Origin: a virus
Taxonomy: Duplodnaviria > Caudoviricetes
Strand: one strand, 5' to 3'
Length of the DNA stretch: 64,000 nucleotides
Virus record (IMG/VR): IMGVR_UViG_3300025018_000093
Shown: piece after piece, positions 43,903-52,996 of the stretch
How the letters are laid out: the number at the start of each line of letters is the position of its first letter
How positions within the stretch are numbered: position 1 is the stretch's first letter
Program-made: the position numbers and the translations under genes
The notes under the pieces: model-generated
Database searches by the model: none
What the model saw: the letters and a program-made list of their open reading frames with translations, nothing else
Told to the model about the DNA's origin: nothing

Positions 43903-46470
43903 ATGCATTGCGTCCACACCATGGAGAGTGCTATGGGAAGCTTGTCTTCGAGGGTCACAAAGGAAAGTCTGGAGAGACTTCACGCGGAGTGTACGGACAG
44001 GGAGGTGGCAGCCTTGTACGGGGTCACGGATGTGGCCGTGAGTCGCCTTCGGTACAGGTGGGGAATAACGACGCTCTCCCAGCGGGAACGCCGGGAGGTG
44101 CTGCGGGGGGCTGAAGGGTTATCTTTGGACACCCTGACACCCGCGAAGTTGGTGGACCTGTACACACAGATGGGGGACTCCCAGATTGGTGCCCTTTACG
44201 GTGTGTCAGGCACGACGATTCGGAAACTCCGGCAGGATTGGGGTATACTGAGTCTCTCCAAACGCGAGAGGTCTACCTCAGTAGGAGACTTCACGGAGGA
44301 CCAGAAGCAAATCTGCATGGGAACCCTGCTTGGGGATGGTCACCTCATGAAGCATGGAGTCTTGAAGATATCCCATGCTTGGCACCAGCTTTCGTACACG
44401 AGATGGTTGCAACGAGCGTTGCAACCGCATGCTCGCCCTCTCTTCTATGAAGAGAAACAGATGGATACAGGGACTCTGTGTTTTGCCTTCGGGTTTCGTA
44501 CCCAGGAGCATGTTTGGTTGCGGACCCTCCGAGGGATTTTTTACCCAGAGGGGAGGCGTATCTTTCCGCAGTCTGTTCTGGAGGAGTTAGGGCCTTTGGG
44601 CTTAGCGGTCTGGTACTTCGATGATGGGAACCTTGCGAGTGGCCTTCCCTCTTTTGCACTGGGGGAGATCAGCGACCAGGAAGCGGAAGCGGTATGTCAG
44701 AAGGTGCACCAGAGGTTTGGACTCGACACTTATGTCCGACCACAGTCCACGGAGACCTGCAAAATTATGGGGGTGCGCGGGGGAAGTGCTGACATCTTCT
44801 TTCACCTGGTGCGCTCTTATGCCACCCCAGATATGCTCCACAAGCTCCCCCAGAAACACTGGACCACACACGCTCCGCTTCACATCCACAGCACGCCCGA
44901 GAAAGGGATTCCGCAGGAGTTGGGAGAGCGGTGCTGTGCGTGGGACTCCCTAAGTGCACAGTCTAGGGAGACGCTCCTGGGGGACCTTGTGGCGTACTGG
45001 CACCAGCGGGGTTTCCCACATTACGTGCCCCGCCCCGAGGAACTGGAAACGCTGCTGTCCCTATCTGCGGAGCAGGTTCTCCGCAAGGATGGTCTTTCCT
45101 GTCGTCCACACAATGTGGGGCAGGCAACTTGCCAGGCGTTCGCAACGCACATCTGGGAGGCTCGTTCTTGGGGATCTAAGCAGAGTCCTCGGGAGATATT
45201 TGAGGATGCAGACGCTCTTGGTAAAGCAATGTGCGCTCGCCTCACGGCCCGCAGTAAGACGCAAAAAGGACGTGTGGCACCCATGTCCGCAGCGGAGGTT
45301 CGTGTCAGTATCCGTTCCTGGAAGCTCTCCGGGGTGTACAATTTCAGACCGAGCCTAGCCAAGATACTAGTAGACTTGTACGGCACTCCTGGAGGGACTG
45401 TGTATGATCCCTGTGCTGGATATGGGGGAAGGATGCTCGGTGTGGTGCTTTCCCAGCATGTGATGCGTTACGTAGGGTGCGACCCCCATCGGGAGGGGAT
45501 CGCGCGTCTCGGTTCTTTCGCAGGTTGGTTGGAGGAGTACCTTCCAGGAGTGTCTTCCAGGGTGTCTTTGCATGTCACTCCTGCAGAGGACTTCTATCCA
45601 CCCCCCTGTGATCTTGTGATCACGTCTCCTCCCTACTGGTGTCGCGAGCAGTATGAAGACTCCCCACAGCAGTCCGGGGTACGGTACCCCACATACGCGG
45701 CATGGCTGGAAGGATTTTGGTCACGTGTACTTGGAGCTTCCTATCAAGCTCTCCGTCCGGGTGGGTGGATGCTCCTGAATGTGGATGACTTCACCATTGG
45801 GCAAACCTCATATCCTCTGGTGAAGGACACTTTGGATCTATGCCGAGACCTCGGTCTCCATCTGGAAAAGACTTTCCGCTATGAGATGCCGAGGTTTGCG
45901 CAGCGGAGAAATCATGAGTCTATTCTGGCTTTGGTCAAACACGGAGATGCCCGTGAAGTGACCCCGGCTGCCAAAATGACACTCTCTCGTTGTACCCAAT
46001 GTGGGTGCGTGTTACCTGCGAGGGAGCTTCGGGAAAAACGGTGCTCCGACTGCCGAAAGCCAAAGACACATATTGTGGTCTGTGAGGGCTGTGGGCAAAA
46101 GCTGGAGGCTCATCGGGGAAACCGCCGCTTCTGTTCTGAGAACTGTAGGGCTCGGCACCACCGAAAGAAAAAGTCCGAGGGGAGGGGTGCTATCGTGCGT
46201 TCCTTCCTCTGCATCTCTTGCGGGAAGACTTGGGAGACGGAAGCTCAGGGAAGTTTCAAATGGTGCCCTGTGTGCCGGGAGAGGGAGGCAATCCAAAAAA
46301 GGACGCAGACGTGCGCGTATCACCATTGCGGGAGAGAGTTCGTTGACACCACCCCGAAAAACTCGATGAGTTACTGTCATCCAGAGCATCGTCGTCGCGA
46401 GAAGTTGTTTCGCTCTGGTAAGGCGAAGGATTTGAGCTACTTCCGAAGTCCAGATCCCGTGCTGGGATAA
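43903..46470 (+). CDS. fusion: 2xHTH + LAGLIDADG_2 endonuclease + N4C/N6A DNA methyltransferase + Zn ribbons
   Basis: EVAALYGV..VSRLR / QIGALYGV..IRKLR; GTLLGDG and AVWYFDDG; NFRP, VYDPCAGYGG, ITSPPY; at least 4 CxxC pairs plus CSENC. Start may be 43921 or 43933. Confidence 0.85.
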   Translation: MHCVHTMESAMGSLSSRVTKESLERLHAECTDREVAALYGVTDVAVSRLRYRWGITTLSQRERREVLRGAEGLSLDTLTPAKLVDLYTQMGDSQIGALYGVSGTTIRKLRQDWGILSLSKRERSTSVGDFTEDQKQICMGTLLGDGHLMKHGVLKISHAWHQLSYTRWLQRALQPHARPLFYEEKQMDTGTLCFAFGFRTQEHVWLRTLRGIFYPEGRRIFPQSVLEELGPLGLAVWYFDDGNLASGLPSFALGEISDQEAEAVCQKVHQRFGLDTYVRPQSTETCKIMGVRGGSADIFFHLVRSYATPDMLHKLPQKHWTTHAPLHIHSTPEKGIPQELGERCCAWDSLSAQSRETLLGDLVAYWHQRGFPHYVPRPEELETLLSLSAEQVLRKDGLSCRPHNVGQATCQAFATHIWEARSWGSKQSPREIFEDADALGKAMCARLTARSKTQKGRVAPMSAAEVRVSIRSWKLSGVYNFRPSLAKILVDLYGTPGGTVYDPCAGYGGRMLGVVLSQHVMRYVGCDPHREGIARLGSFAGWLEEYLPGVSSRVSLHVTPAEDFYPPPCDLVITSPPYWCREQYEDSPQQSGVRYPTYAAWLEGFWSRVLGASYQALRPGGWMLLNVDDFTIGQTSYPLVKDTLDLCRDLGLHLEKTFRYEMPRFAQRRNHESILALVKHGDAREVTPAAKMTLSRCTQCGCVLPARELREKRCSDCRKPKTHIVVCEGCGQKLEAHRGNRRFCSENCRARHHRKKKSEGRGAIVRSFLCISCGKTWETEAQGSFKWCPVCREREAIQKRTQTCAYHHCGREFVDTTPKNSMSYCHPEHRRREKLFRSGKAKDLSYFRSPDPVLG

Positions 46471-46476
46471 GTAGGA

Positions 46477-46693
46477 GGAGTGCGGCGGAAACTCTGCGAA
46501 GTTTCTACCGCACTCCGGGGAGACAATCTGAAAGTGCGGCGGAAACTTTCAGGGTCTCCTGCTACCAGGTACCGTCTGAGACGGTAACCTTGGTTCAATC
46601 TACCGGCGGTCTCGCGTGAAAGTCAAGCTGAAGTGAAAGGCGGTCACTTCTTTCCGACTTTGCGTATAGTCGGTGGAGAGCACCCGTCGGTGC
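46477..46693. ncRNA. hairpin-dense non-coding element (candidate sRNA or cis element)
   Basis: Six stem-loops and a 15-bp direct repeat AGTGCGGCGGAAACT (46479, 46533). Confidence 0.45.
46597..46626 (-). promoter_or_regulatory. sigma70-like promoter on the minus strand
   Basis: TTGACT (46626-46621)-N18-TAGATT (46602-46597). Confidence 0.35.
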
Positions 46694-46714
46694 GTTACCG
46701 CGTAGGAGTCCCGT

Positions 46715-46843
46715 ATGGTGAACCGTCCAGACAATGAGCCGATCCGATGTGTTGATTGCGAGCAGCTCCTGGAGCCAGGTGGGGACAATGGGCGTGGGCA
46801 GTGTTACGATTGCGCTGCCGAGGGTGCGGAAGACGAGGAGTAA
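46715..46843 (+). CDS. 42-aa zinc-ribbon microprotein (not in the ORF track)
   Basis: SD AGGAG; MVNRPDNEPIRCVDCEQLLEPGGDNGRGQCYDCAAEGAEDEE. Confidence 0.6.
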   Translation: MVNRPDNEPIRCVDCEQLLEPGGDNGRGQCYDCAAEGAEDEE

Positions 46844-46891
46844 TACCCTTCTTCGATCCAAGGCTGAGCGATTACGGCGTGAGAGTTGAGT

Positions 46892-47215
46892 ATGTCGAAG
46901 ATTCCATATAACTGGCACCGTCTGTACGGGGGAAACCGGGTGAAGTCCCCACCGGAGAACGGCGGGCATGTCCTGATGGTGTTCAAGACCACTTCCGTCT
47001 ACATCCCTGGGGATGAGCGAAGCCGGACGCATCCGGGGCATGGGTACCCTGAGCGCACGGAGATGCATGACACATTTGAGATTTACCTTTTTGAGGACAA
47101 GGAGAAGTGGGCCGCCGCCTTGACGGAACTTTACAAAGAGGACCCCTATCGTGTAGACGTGTGGGCGTTCACGGCAGGTCTTCCGGCCAAGCCCAAAATT
47201 CGATGGGAGCTGTGA
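46892..47215 (+). CDS. hypothetical protein
   Basis: About 107-aa ORF with TGATG coupling to the next gene. Confidence 0.55.
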   Translation: MSKIPYNWHRLYGGNRVKSPPENGGHVLMVFKTTSVYIPGDERSRTHPGHGYPERTEMHDTFEIYLFEDKEKWAAALTELYKEDPYRVDVWAFTAGLPAKPKIRWEL

Positions 47216-48114
47216 TGGGCAAGATACGAGGAGAGCGAGGGGTGTGTACAGCTGAGCAAGAGGACATTTTCCCGGAGGTGGATTACAGCGATGCCAAGTC
47301 TGTCATTGCTGCTCTCCAGCAGGATCGGAGTACCGTGAGCATGCAGGAGCTGCAACGTCCAGACCGTGCTCTGGTACTGGAGGAAGTCGCCAAGTGGGTG
47401 CGGTCCCAGCCTGAGATGTCGGAGCTGAAGCAGGGCATTCTGGAGGTGTGTTTGATCCTGCACATCCCGGATGCAGCCGAGGATGGGCTTATCCCGGTGG
47501 ACCCGGATGCAGCTGCCGTGATCTTCTCTATCCTGCTAGAGGAGAAGGCAGGAGTTTCCTCTCTGCTCTATCCCTTTCTGGTTATGCTCCAGAATGAGGA
47601 TCGTGGGGGACTGTTCCAGGAAACGGACTTGCGGCGCCGTCTCCCAGAGAAGATGGGAGTCCCACTAGAGAGTATCGAAGGGGAGCTGAAAGCAGCCCTC
47701 AAGTTGCTCCGTGACAGAGGGGTTCTTGTATGGTACGCGGATGGGGGCATGTACCTGGACCGCCACTATATTCAACCCTCTCGTGAGGAGTTGAAGGCTG
47801 CGGGGTACTTCTCTCTCCCCACTGTGCTAGGGGAGACTCCCTCGGAGTTGTATGACGTGGAGATCCCCAAAGGTCTTACTCCCTTCCAGAATCTTGAAAA
47901 AGGGGGTGTTATGCCGTACGGCGTGAATATGGGTGCAGCCGAGAGAAAGAGTTCCTCAGACAAGGCGCTTCTCGTCTACATCGAGAAGCTCGGATCGGAG
48001 GTGTGGGTACCCAAGTCCGTCATCCACGATGGCTCCGAGGTGTACGAGGGTGGGGATGGAGAAGGGGACTTGGTCGTCAAATCCTGGTGGGCTGAAAAGG
48101 AAGGTTGGGAATGA
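47215..48114 (+). CDS. hypothetical protein with small C-terminal beta domain (KALLV...WVPKS)
   Basis: ATG overlapping the previous stop; ATGA overlap with def. Confidence 0.55.
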   Translation: MGKIRGERGVCTAEQEDIFPEVDYSDAKSVIAALQQDRSTVSMQELQRPDRALVLEEVAKWVRSQPEMSELKQGILEVCLILHIPDAAEDGLIPVDPDAAAVIFSILLEEKAGVSSLLYPFLVMLQNEDRGGLFQETDLRRRLPEKMGVPLESIEGELKAALKLLRDRGVLVWYADGGMYLDRHYIQPSREELKAAGYFSLPTVLGETPSELYDVEIPKGLTPFQNLEKGGVMPYGVNMGAAERKSSSDKALLVYIEKLGSEVWVPKSVIHDGSEVYEGGDGEGDLVVKSWWAEKEGWE

Positions 48115-48758
48115 ACGCAGAGCCTAAAGTGCAGGACATCACTAACACAGTCGAGGACTTTCTCCAGAACCTGGAAGAGGGTGTGGCAGAAGAGAGGGGG
48201 GAGGGAGAGAAGTACTCGGGTCAGGTCCGAGAGGTCATTCTTTTCGGGAACCCTCTTCTCCGGGAGCCCAGTGCACCCGTGCCTGAGGTGACGGAGGACG
48301 TTCAAAAATTGGCAGCGGACCTCACGGCCACAATGTTCGACTACGGCGGCGCGGGTATTGCGGCACCACAGATCGGGAGAAATCTGCGTGTGGTGGTTCT
48401 GAGGGACAACCCAAGAGAGGAACTCGATGACGTGATCTTGGTGCGAGCGATGGTCAACCCTGTGATCCTTTCCAGGGAGGGGTCCTTCTCTATGCTGGAG
48501 GGCTGCCTCTCAATCCCTGGTGCTCGGGGAACTGTGGAGCGTTCCGCCACGGTGGTCGTTTCATACCTGGACCTACAGGGGGAGGCGCAGGAGAAGGAGC
48601 TTTCAGGGTACCAGGCGGCTGCAGTACAACATGAGTTGGACCACCTGGACGGAAAGTTGTTTGTGGACCACCTCAGTGCTTTCCAGAAGAGCCGGGCTCT
48701 GGAGAAGCATCGAAAGGTCATGAAGAAGGCATATCGGCAGGCTAAGAGAAGCTTGTGA
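48111..48758 (+). CDS. def: peptide deformylase
   Basis: GAGIAAPQIG, EGCLSIPG, QHELDHLDG. Confidence 0.97.
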   Translation: MNAEPKVQDITNTVEDFLQNLEEGVAEERGEGEKYSGQVREVILFGNPLLREPSAPVPEVTEDVQKLAADLTATMFDYGGAGIAAPQIGRNLRVVVLRDNPREELDDVILVRAMVNPVILSREGSFSMLEGCLSIPGARGTVERSATVVVSYLDLQGEAQEKELSGYQAAAVQHELDHLDGKLFVDHLSAFQKSRALEKHRKVMKKAYRQAKRSL

Positions 48759-49060
48759 TAGGAAGGGGTATGTGCGAAGAATGCATTGAGGGCGTTGCTC
48801 GTATGGTGGGAGACTTTCTGGAGGACGAGGATGTTCCCCCAGAGTTGGCTTTTTCTGCTCTGCATATGTTGGCGAGAGTGATCGAGCTGCGCACGGGGAT
48901 GTCCTTGCAGGACATGACTGCACTCTTGCACCAGGGTCGAGAGCTTGGGGAGCACGTTTCCGAGAAAATGGGATGCTACCTCCCGCTCAATGAGGAGGAG
49001 AAGCATCGGTCTCTCCTGGTGGAGGCTACCCTGAAGCACTACAACGAGAAGCCAGATTGA
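48755..49060 (+). CDS. hypothetical protein
   Basis: 101-aa ORF overlapping the def stop. Confidence 0.55.
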   Translation: MIGRGMCEECIEGVARMVGDFLEDEDVPPELAFSALHMLARVIELRTGMSLQDMTALLHQGRELGEHVSEKMGCYLPLNEEEKHRSLLVEATLKHYNEKPD

Positions 49061-49147
49061 TGTTGTACAGGGCGAAATATCTCGCGGGTGTGGGCAGTAC
49101 TCGGGTACGGGAACCCGAGCCGAAATCCCACAACCAGCGAGAAGAGC

Positions 49148-49515
49148 ATGAGCAAGAGATCCCAGAGACGACACGAGCTGGCCAAGCGTAAGCTCCGTTG
49201 GATTCGCATCACTTCAAGATGGTGGTACCTTTCTGCAAACGAGGTGTCCGAAGGGGCAGCTCTGAGCTGGGAGGGGAGCCCAACCCCAAATTGGCCCAAC
49301 CAGGCCTTTGCCGTAGCCCTACGGAGGCCACGAACCCCAACTCCCTGTTCGTGCCCCATGTGCGGTATCCCAGACGGTGGTTCAAAACAGTCACCCCTCA
49401 GGAGCGCCGGTCTGCAGACCAGTACCAGTATCAATTGCAGGAGCTGGAGAGAGGCTGCCCGTCAAGGGTACTTCGAGTGAAGGGGGGACAGTGCAAAAAG
49501 ATGATAAGATGGTGA
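49148..49515 (+). pseudogene. small CSCxMCG protein apparently frameshifted near 49367
   Basis: Frame A ends TPTPCSCPMCG; the other frame continues PRRWFKTVTPQERR and stops overlapping the next ATG. Confidence 0.5.
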
Positions 49516-49772
49516 CATACCACATGTATGTTTGTCGGTGCCAGGATGGTAGTCTCTACACGGGCATCGCAAAGGATGTCACAGCTCGCGTGTGTAGACA
49601 CAACTCCGGGAGGGGAGCCAAGTACACTCGGTCGCGCCTCCCCGTGGTGTTGGAATCTTCCTGGGAGTACCCAGATCGCAGCTCTGCGCTAAAAGCGGAG
49701 TACGCCTTCAAGCAACTTAGCCGGGAACGTAAACTCGCATGCCTCGCGGGGCGGACAAGCCTTCCATTTTGA
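49509..49772 (+). CDS. GIY-YIG nuclease (YhbQ/UPF0213-like)
   Basis: YHMYVCRCQDGSLYTGIAKDVTARVCRHNSGRGAKYTR...ALKAE. Confidence 0.92.
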   Translation: MVTYHMYVCRCQDGSLYTGIAKDVTARVCRHNSGRGAKYTRSRLPVVLESSWEYPDRSSALKAEYAFKQLSRERKLACLAGRTSLPF

Positions 49773-49819
49773 CTTGCCTATCCTTTGACCTTTCCAGGAA
49801 CTCTGCAAAGGAGCGGAAA

Positions 49820-50047
49820 ATGACCAAGCGCTCGGTACGCGCAACGTTCTTTGGGAAAGGTTGGGGCAAAATTAAGTACCTTGATCACACTCTTCTTGGC
49901 TGCAACGTCCATTACCTTGGTAGTGTGTGGAGGGTCACTGTCGCGTACCAGGGGGCTACGCCTAAGTTGGAGCCCTGGCTGGTGCTACGAAGGGGTATGA
50001 CCGAGGTCACCGTGAAGCCCCATGAAGTTGATCTAGCGTTTGACTAG
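49820..50047 (+). CDS. hypothetical protein
   Basis: SD AAGGAG; 75 aa. Confidence 0.55.
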   Translation: MTKRSVRATFFGKGWGKIKYLDHTLLGCNVHYLGSVWRVTVAYQGATPKLEPWLVLRRGMTEVTVKPHEVDLAFD

Positions 50048-50062
50048 GGTAAGGGATCTCGC

Positions 50063-50761
50063 ATGTCGGCACATGATTCGTTCCGGGTTCTCGTTGAACA
50101 CATAGAGAAAGACATCCCAGGTTTTCGAATTGGCTACAAGGATGAGAAGCTGGCATTGCGAGATTGGAAACTCTGGGTTGCGGCACGCACAGTCGGTCTC
50201 TTCAACAAGAGGTTCATGACGGACTACACCACAACGCTGTACCCGACCGTCTACTTCACCTCCCGTTCTGTTGTAGAGGAAGATCCCCTGGGGTGCTTCC
50301 GAACACTGTGCCACGAGTATGTGCACCTGTGGGATGAGAAGAAGCGAAGACTCTTGTTTCCCACTAGCTACCTGCTCCCACAGATCCTGGCTGTTTTCTC
50401 CCTTGGGGCGTTGGGAGCCATTTGGTGTCTGTGGTTTCTTTTGTTCCTTGGATTTCTCGGGTTCCTTGCACCTTGGAGATCGCCTTGGCGGTCCAGATGG
50501 GAAATGCGGGGCTACACCATGAATCTGCTGACCCACTACTGGTCGCAGGGTACGGTACCGGAGAGCCTCCGTTCTCACATCGTGCCTTGTTTCACGGATG
50601 TGGGTGCGTACTACCGCATGTGGCCAGATGCGAAGGCTGTCCGATTGGAGATTGACCGTCGTGCGAAACTGATTGAGTCCGGTCTACTCTTGGAAGAGGA
50701 GAGGGACAAGGAACCGTATGAAGTCTGCCAGGCCATATGGCAGAACACTTTCAACAAGTAG
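50063..50761 (+). CDS. putative membrane-anchored zinc metalloprotease
   Basis: LCHEYVH, then a hydrophobic hairpin, then WEMRGY. Confidence 0.6.
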   Translation: MSAHDSFRVLVEHIEKDIPGFRIGYKDEKLALRDWKLWVAARTVGLFNKRFMTDYTTTLYPTVYFTSRSVVEEDPLGCFRTLCHEYVHLWDEKKRRLLFPTSYLLPQILAVFSLGALGAIWCLWFLLFLGFLGFLAPWRSPWRSRWEMRGYTMNLLTHYWSQGTVPESLRSHIVPCFTDVGAYYRMWPDAKAVRLEIDRRAKLIESGLLLEEERDKEPYEVCQAIWQNTFNK

Positions 50762-50794
50762 GCCCTGTGCCTGACAGAGGAGGAGAACACAAGT

Positions 50795-52303
50795 ATGTCA
50801 AGACGACCTGTAGCCACCGGGATGCACCATGACTTCGTCAAGGGTGAGTACCGCTCCTATCGTTCGGTGAGCACGTTTCACGTTGGTGCGCATGAGAACC
50901 TGCAAATCTACGAGGATGATATCGTGGAGTTTGATGGGTATACCCTGCGAATTGGTCATGACGAGTACTCTGCTCCCAGTCTCCGGGGAGCGGTCAAGTC
51001 AGCCTGGCTGGTCCCGGAGGGTGACAACACTTCCGTGTACAACCCTCGGCCGGCAGGCGTAGTCATGTCTCCCGCAGACACGGCCAAGTCCAAAGAAAGT
51101 CAGGTCGTCGGGCGAGCTGTCATGTCCAGTGATGAGAGGGTGGTGGGGGACCGACAGCAGGTCCGACAAGCCGCCTCCCAGGGGACGTCTCGGAGCCTTC
51201 GAAAGGTGTCTGGTGGGCAGGCTGCACCCCCGGACGTGACCACTGTAGACGCCGGCATTGAAGTGGGGCGTGTGAACGTCCCTGCCAAGCATGATCGCGT
51301 AGAGCTGACCAGGAGTAATGCTCATCTGGTTGGAGCGCAAGCAATGGATCAGGCTTCAGATGGTAAGCGACGTGCGACTCTGAACTTGGATTCGGAAGCG
51401 TTGCGGAAGATTTCAGAAGCGGAGGCCAACACTGCTGGGATGACAGAGGAGGAGCTTGATGCGTGGGACGCCAAGCAGGAGCGTCGTCGGCTTGCTGCTC
51501 TCCAGGCAGAGGCTTCCCGTGAAGCTCGTCGGGCGGATTTCGTGACAGACGGAAAGCTGGGGATCACCGAACATGACCGAAAGTCTGCGGTCGCCCAGCA
51601 GCAAGTTCTCTCCGAGAAGCGGGGTGTGTACACGGGAGCGGTTCCTTTTGAAGAGGGGAACCTGCAGGAGACTGCGCAAGCTCTCCAGGCGATGGATATG
51701 TCCAGTTCCCCTGTCGTGGTTACCACAGTGGGTACGGTCTCTGGTGGACCACAGAAACCCTCCAAGGTGGTGCGCACGTCTGTGGGTGTGGACTGGGAGC
51801 TGGGACGCGAGCCGCACGTCCGAATGCAGGATGCCATACAGCGCTTTGGATGGAGCAAGGACATCATCCTGGCTATTGCTGCTGTGGAAGAGGAGGATGT
51901 GGCTCGGTTCCTCCGCCACCAAGCTGGCGCCAAGAGCGTACCCCCGTCAGTGAAGATGCGGTTTCCAGGTGTGGACGGAAGTGTCGTGGAGGCCACATTC
52001 GAGAAAGACTCTCAAATGGAGGACTTCGAGGAGGACTTCGAGGAGGACTTCGAGGAGGACCCTCAAATGGATGAAATGGATGCGGAGCTGGAGGAGGAGG
52101 GGGAACTCCCGGAAGGAACCGTGATCACTTCTACGGGGGTCTCCTGGAACACCCTGGAGCCTCCGCATTGGGCCTCTCGCGTCAAGAAAGCCGTGCAGGA
52201 GTTCCCAGGGGCGAGCGACCTGCTTTCCATTGCGGACGTCGAAGCCGAGGCTGTGGCGAACCGCCTCCGGAAGCATGTGGCGAAGATTAAGTCCCTGGAG
52301 TAA
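50795..52303 (+). CDS. hypothetical protein with duplicated C-terminal domain and DFEE repeat
   Basis: SD GAGGAGG; GVDW..PH...D.I..IAAVE / GVSW..PH...D.L.SIADVE duplication. Confidence 0.65.
   Translation: MSRRPVATGMHHDFVKGEYRSYRSVSTFHVGAHENLQIYEDDIVEFDGYTLRIGHDEYSAPSLRGAVKSAWLVPEGDNTSVYNPRPAGVVMSPADTAKSKESQVVGRAVMSSDERVVGDRQQVRQAASQGTSRSLRKVSGGQAAPPDVTTVDAGIEVGRVNVPAKHDRVELTRSNAHLVGAQAMDQASDGKRRATLNLDSEALRKISEAEANTAGMTEEELDAWDAKQERRRLAALQAEASREARRADFVTDGKLGITEHDRKSAVAQQQVLSEKRGVYTGAVPFEEGNLQETAQALQAMDMSSSPVVVTTVGTVSGGPQKPSKVVRTSVGVDWELGREPHVRMQDAIQRFGWSKDIILAIAAVEEEDVARFLRHQAGAKSVPPSVKMRFPGVDGSVVEATFEKDSQMEDFEEDFEEDFEEDPQMDEMDAELEEEGELPEGTVITSTGVSWNTLEPPHWASRVKKAVQEFPGASDLLSIADVEAEAVANRLRKHVAKIKSLE
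52022..52060 (+). repeat. (GACTTCGAGGAG)3GAC, identical to 40818-40856
   Basis: Direct read; flanked by CTCAAATGGA at 52011 and 52062. Confidence 0.9.
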
Positions 52304-52372
52304 TAGCAGGAATCGCGGTAAGCGTTCAATGGGGAGCCCCATGATAGAAGCTGCTGTCACCTGGGGGCTCTC

Positions 52373-52996
52373 TTGAACAATCGACGACACAAAAACGCAG
52401 ACGAGAGCAGCGCTCCCGTAACGGTACAGAGTGCCCTATCGGAAGCACAGGAATCCCTTGGGGCAATATCCCTGCTCATGCAGGAGGCTCTTGATCTTGT
52501 GAATCGGTCTGTCTACCGAGACCACCTGTATGAGATCGCAGACCATATCATAGAGCGTGTCCCAGAGGAGGTCCTTCACCTGCAACGTGCCCTAACAGAG
52601 GCCCAGAGGACTTTGATGCAGCAGGGGAAGAAGTCCGCCTACCAGCCTTCTGGAGAGGACATGGCGGGGGTACAGACTCTCGTCCGTCGGAATGAGGACG
52701 TCAGCGAGGGCGTCTCCGACCAAGACCGCACCCAGGAGAGAGCGCTTCCTCGAAGAGAACATTCCTCCCCGGGGAACGAGAATGACTTTGCCACCCAGAA
52801 GATTTTCTTCAATGTTCCCCCAGGAACAGGTGGAGCTGATGAGGGACTCTCCAAGACTCGCACGCGGAATCGACCTCAACCTGGCGAGGAATATGGGACA
52901 CCCTACAAAGACACTCCGCTCCTGACGCGGAGGACTATGGAAGGTCTTTGGCGTCGCGCTGTGAGAGCTGCACTGCGGGAGACGTACAGTCTATGA
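52373..52996 (+). CDS. hypothetical protein (start uncertain)
   Basis: 207-aa ORF; ATGA overlap with the next gene. Confidence 0.5.
   Translation: MNNRRHKNADESSAPVTVQSALSEAQESLGAISLLMQEALDLVNRSVYRDHLYEIADHIIERVPEEVLHLQRALTEAQRTLMQQGKKSAYQPSGEDMAGVQTLVRRNEDVSEGVSDQDRTQERALPRREHSSPGNENDFATQKIFFNVPPGTGGADEGLSKTRTRNRPQPGEEYGTPYKDTPLLTRRTMEGLWRRAVRAALRETYSL

Noticed and set aside
46530-46550. CsrA/RsmA sponge because of GGA in a loop
   Set aside because: Only one loop GGA, and it lacks the ANGGA consensus
46585-46610. GGTTCAATC as a tRNA T-loop
   Set aside because: The flanks do not form a 5-bp T-stem and no cloverleaf or acceptor stem is visible
47911-48114. Separate small gene from an internal ATG in ORF 47215
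   Set aside because: A weak SD-like GGGGGT is present, but nothing here distinguishes an internal start from a simple domain fusion
37555-52345. A shared late-promoter consensus (CGTTC.AT at 42072 and 52324; ACTCTT at 36794 and 37558)
   Set aside because: Too few and too short matches to support by eye; this needs motif discovery on the whole genome
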